Assembly: GCA_965644315.1 (NCBI GenBank)
Contig: CBFFRQ010000145.1
Span: 1-43,365, forward strand
From: Caecitellus pseudoparvulus
Taxonomy: Eukaryota; Protista; Bigyra: Bicosoecida
Direction of reading: 5' to 3'
DNA: 43,365 nucleotides
The position numbers and the translations under genes are program-made. This document shows, in pieces, positions 39,201-43,365 of the stretch. Below the pieces are notes generated by a model. The model was not told the DNA's origin and did not search any database. It was given only the letters and a program-made list of their open reading frames with translations. Each line of letters opens with the position of its first letter. Position 1 is the first letter of the stretch.

Positions 39201-41231
39201 GGGTTAGGGTTAGGGTTAGGGTTAGGGTTAGGGTTAGGGTTAGGGTTAGGGTTAGGGTTAGGGTTAGGGTTAGGGTTAGGGTTAGGGTTAGGGTTAGGGT
39301 TAGGGTTAGGGTTAGGGTTAGGGTTAGGGTTAGGGTTAGGGTTAGGGTTAGGGTTAGGGTTAGGGTTAGGGTTAGGGTTAGGGTTAGGGTTAGGGTTAGG
39401 GTTAGGGTTAGGGTTAGGGTTAGGGTTAGGGTTAGGGTTAGGGTTAGGGTTAGGGTTAGGGTTAGGGTTAGGGTTAGGGTTAGGGTTAGGGTTAGGGTTA
39501 GGGTTAGGGTTAGGGTTAGGGTTAGGGTTAGGGTTAGGGTTAGGGTTAGGGTTAGGGTTAGGGTTAGGGTTAGGGTTAGGGTTAGGGTTAGGGTTAGGGT
39601 TAGGGTTAGGGTTAGGGTTAGGGTTAGGGTTAGGGTTAGGGTTAGGGTTAGGGTTAGGGTTAGGGTTAGGGTTAGGGTTAGGGTTAGGGTTAGGGTTAGG
39701 GTTAGGGTTAGGGTTAGGGTTAGGGTTAGGGTTAGGGTTAGGGTTAGGGTTAGGGTTAGGGTTAGGGTTAGGGTTAGGGTTAGGGTTAGGGTTAGGGTTA
39801 GGGTTAGGGTTAGGGTTAGGGTTAGGGTTAGGGTTAGGGTTAGGGTTAGGGTTAGGGTTAGGGTTAGGGTTAGGGTTAGGGTTAGGGTTAGGGTTAGGGT
39901 TAGGGTTAGGGTTAGGGTTAGGGTTAGGGTTAGGGTTAGGGTTAGGGTTAGGGTTAGGGTTAGGGTTAGGGTTAGGGTTAGGGTTAGGGTTAGGGTTAGG
40001 GTTAGGGTTAGGGTTAGGGTTAGGGTTAGGGTTAGGGTTAGGGTTAGGGTTAGGGTTAGGGTTAGGGTTAGGGTTAGGGTTAGGGTTAGGGTTAGGGTTA
40101 GGGTTAGGGTTAGGGTTAGGGTTAGGGTTAGGGTTAGGGTTAGGGTTAGGGTTAGGGTTAGGGTTAGGGTTAGGGTTAGGGTTAGGGTTAGGGTTAGGGT
40201 TAGGGTTAGGGTTAGGGTTAGGGTTAGGGTTAGGGTTAGGGTTAGGGTTAGGGTTAGGGTTAGGGTTAGGGTTAGGGTTAGGGTTAGGGTTAGGGTTAGG
40301 GTTAGGGTTAGGGTTAGGGTTAGGGTTAGGGTTAGGGTTAGGGTTAGGGTTAGGGTTAGGGTTAGGGTTAGGGTTAGGGTTAGGGTTAGGGTTAGGGTTA
40401 GGGTTAGGGTTAGGGTTAGGGTTAGGGTTAGGGTTAGGGTTAGGGTTAGGGTTAGGGTTAGGGTTAGGGTTAGGGTTAGGGTTAGGGTTAGGGTTAGGGT
40501 TAGGGTTAGGGTTAGGGTTAGGGTTAGGGTTAGGGTTAGGGTTAGGGTTAGGGTTAGGGTTAGGGTTAGGGTTAGGGTTAGGGTTAGGGTTAGGGTTAGG
40601 GTTAGGGTTAGGGTTAGGGTTAGGGTTAGGGTTAGGGTTAGGGTTAGGGTTAGGGTTAGGGTTAGGGTTAGGGTTAGGGTTAGGGTTAGGGTTAGGGTTA
40701 GGGTTAGGGTTAGGGTTAGGGTTAGGGTTAGGGTTAGGGTTAGGGTTAGGGTTAGGGTTAGGGTTAGGGTTAGGGTTAGGGTTAGGGTTAGGGTTAGGGT
40801 TAGGGTTAGGGTTAGGGTTAGGGTTAGGGTTAGGGTTAGGGTTAGGGTTAGGGTTAGGGTTAGGGTTAGGGTTAGGGTTAGGGTTAGGGTTAGGGTTAGG
40901 GTTAGGGTTAGGGTTAGGGTTAGGGTTAGGGTTAGGGTTAGGGTTAGGGTTAGGGTTAGGGTTAGGGTTAGGGTTAGGGTTAGGGTTAGGGTTAGGGTTA
41001 GGGTTAGGGTTAGGGTTAGGGTTAGGGTTAGGGTTAGGGTTAGGGTTAGGGTTAGGGTTAGGGTTAGGGTTAGGGTTAGGGTTAGGGTTAGGGTTAGGGT
41101 TAGGGTTAGGGTTAGGGTTAGGGTTAGGGTTAGGGTTAGGGTTAGGGTTAGGGTTAGGGTTAGGGTTAGGGTTAGGGTTAGGGTTAGGGTTAGGGTTAGG
41201 GTTAGGGTTAGGGTTAGGGTTAGGGTTAGGG

Positions 41232-41272
<41 letters not shown>

Positions 41273-43365
41273 GGTTAGGGTTAGGGTTAGGGTTAGGGTT
41301 AGGGTTAGGGTTAGGGTTAGGGTTAGGGTTAGGGTTAGGGTTAGGGTTAGGGTTAGGGTTAGGGTTAGGGTTAGGGTTAGGGTTAGGGTTAGGGTTAGGG
41401 TTAGGGTTAGGGTTAGGGTTAGGGTTAGGGTTAGGGTTAGGGTTAGGGTTAGGGTTAGGGTTAGGGTTAGGGTTAGGGTTAGGGTTAGGGTTAGGGTTAG
41501 GGTTAGGGTTAGGGTTAGGGTTAGGGTTAGGGTTAGGGTTAGGGTTAGGGTTAGGGTTAGGGTTAGGGTTAGGGTTAGGGTTAGGGTTAGGGTTAGGGTT
41601 AGGGTTAGGGTTAGGGTTAGGGTTAGGGTTAGGGTTAGGGTTAGGGTTAGGGTTAGGGTTAGGGTTAGGGTTAGGGTTAGGGTTAGGGTTAGGGTTAGGG
41701 TTAGGGTTAGGGTTAGGGTTAGGGTTAGGGTTAGGGTTAGGGTTAGGGTTAGGGTTAGGGTTAGGGTTAGGGTTAGGGTTAGGGTTAGGGTTAGGGTTAG
41801 GGTTAGGGTTAGGGTTAGGGTTAGGGTTAGGGTTAGGGTTAGGGTTAGGGTTAGGGTTAGGGTTAGGGTTAGGGTTAGGGTTAGGGTTAGGGTTAGGGTT
41901 AGGGTTAGGGTTAGGGTTAGGGTTAGGGTTAGGGTTAGGGTTAGGGTTAGGGTTAGGGTTAGGGTTAGGGTTAGGGTTAGGGTTAGGGTTAGGGTTAGGG
42001 TTAGGGTTAGGGTTAGGGTTAGGGTTAGGGTTAGGGTTAGGGTTAGGGTTAGGGTTAGGGTTAGGGTTAGGGTTAGGGTTAGGGTTAGGGTTAGGGTTAG
42101 GGTTAGGGTTAGGGTTAGGGTTAGGGTTAGGGTTAGGGTTAGGGTTAGGGTTAGGGTTAGGGTTAGGGTTAGGGTTAGGGTTAGGGTTAGGGTTAGGGTT
42201 AGGGTTAGGGTTAGGGTTAGGGTTAGGGTTAGGGTTAGGGTTAGGGTTAGGGTTAGGGTTAGGGTTAGGGTTAGGGTTAGGGTTAGGGTTAGGGTTAGGG
42301 TTAGGGTTAGGGTTAGGGTTAGGGTTAGGGTTAGGGTTAGGGTTAGGGTTAGGGTTAGGGTTAGGGTTAGGGTTAGGGTTAGGGTTAGGGTTAGGGTTAG
42401 GGTTAGGGTTAGGGTTAGGGTTAGGGTTAGGGTTAGGGTTAGGGTTAGGGTTAGGGTTAGGGTTAGGGTTAGGGTTAGGGTTAGGGTTAGGGTTAGGGTT
42501 AGGGTTAGGGTTAGGGTTAGGGTTAGGGTTAGGGTTAGGGTTAGGGTTAGGGTTAGGGTTAGGGTTAGGGTTAGGGTTAGGGTTAGGGTTAGGGTTAGGG
42601 TTAGGGTTAGGGTTAGGGTTAGGGTTAGGGTTAGGGTTAGGGTTAGGGTTAGGGTTAGGGTTAGGGTTAGGGTTAGGGTTAGGGTTAGGGTTAGGGTTAG
42701 GGTTAGGGTTAGGGTTAGGGTTAGGGTTAGGGTTAGGGTTAGGGTTAGGGTTAGGGTTAGGGTTAGGGTTAGGGTTAGGGTTAGGGTTAGGGTTAGGGTT
42801 AGGGTTAGGGTTAGGGTTAGGGTTAGGGTTAGGGTTAGGGTTAGGGTTAGGGTTAGGGTTAGGGTTAGGGTTAGGGTTAGGGTTAGGGTTAGGGTTAGGG
42901 TTAGGGTTAGGGTTAGGGTTAGGGTTAGGGTTAGGGTTAGGGTTAGGGTTAGGGTTAGGGTTAGGGTTAGGGTTAGGGTTAGGGTTAGGGTTAGGGTTAG
43001 GGTTAGGGTTAGGGTTAGGGTTAGGGTTAGGGTTAGGGTTAGGGTTAGGGTTAGGGTTAGGGTTAGGGTTAGGGTTAGGGTTAGGGTTAGGGTTAGGGTT
43101 AGGGTTAGGGTTAGGGTTAGGGTTAGGGTTAGGGTTAGGGTTAGGGTTAGGGTTAGGGTTAGGGTTAGGGTTAGGGTTAGGGTTAGGGTTAGGGTTAGGG
43201 TTAGGGTTAGGGTTAGGGTTAGGGTTAGGGTTAGGGTTAGGGTTAGGGTTAGGGTTAGGGTTAGGGTTAGGGTTAGGGTTAGGGTTAGGGTTAGGGTTAG
43301 GGTTAGGGTTAGGGTTAGGGTTAGGGTTAGGGTTAGGGTTAGGGTTAGGGTTAGGGTTAGGGTTA
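36279..43365 (+). repeat. Telomere, (TTAGGG)n, about 7 kb, G-strand toward the end
   Basis: Essentially perfect hexamer array to the end of the window, with the 10-nt stub at 36301 and one TTTAGGG variant near 41250. Confidence 0.99.
36301..36310 (-). mobile_element. 10-nt stub identical to the terminal 10 nt of element B
   Basis: GGTTAG|CTACTCAATG|GTTAGGG matches 33357-33366 exactly. Confidence 0.8.

Noticed and set aside
36059-41254. 1731-aa and 296-aa (32608-33498) poly-VR ORFs
   Set aside because: They are translations of (TTAGGG)n, not genes.
41245-41256. Single TTTAGGG variant in the telomere
   Set aside because: An isolated 1-nt insertion, consistent with synthesis or sequencing error.

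Overview
This window is the right end of a GC-rich, intron-containing eukaryotic (protist-like) chromosome. Positions 1-27954 hold compact host genes, almost all on the + strand: an 819-bp-repeat coiled-coil membrane protein, U2AF65, a DEAD-box helicase, a 2-TM protein, Pif1, a SPRY protein, TFIIF-beta, a divergent Ran, two ankyrin proteins, prolyl oligopeptidase and a Tudor-like protein. Unique sequence stops at about 28191. Everything distal looks like serial reverse-transcriptase additions onto the G-strand end: (TTAGG)2.8 | element A (4.35 kb, 5'-truncated, non-LTR-type RT plus CCHC finger) | (TTAGGG)7 | a 23-nt stub | a telomere tract with an oligo-T blip | element B (2.9 kb, RT-less, one ORF of about 700 aa) | (TTAGGG)3.7 | a 10-nt stub | about 7 kb of terminal (TTAGGG)n. 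All four inserts start at the same register, GGTTAG|CT. They lack poly(A) tails, are oriented 5' end toward the telomere and are capped by telomeric repeats. Elements A and B share only a ~200-nt 3'-terminal module. By eye this module folds into a multi-hairpin RNA with compensatory base changes and GCAA/UUCG tetraloops, and it runs directly into the telomere-complementary CUAAC(C). The best candidate for an undescribed system is a multi-component, telomere-primed retroelement family: a LINE-type RT plus RT-less passenger RNAs recognised through a shared structured 3' RNA. All alignments and folds were done by eye; no database searches were run.
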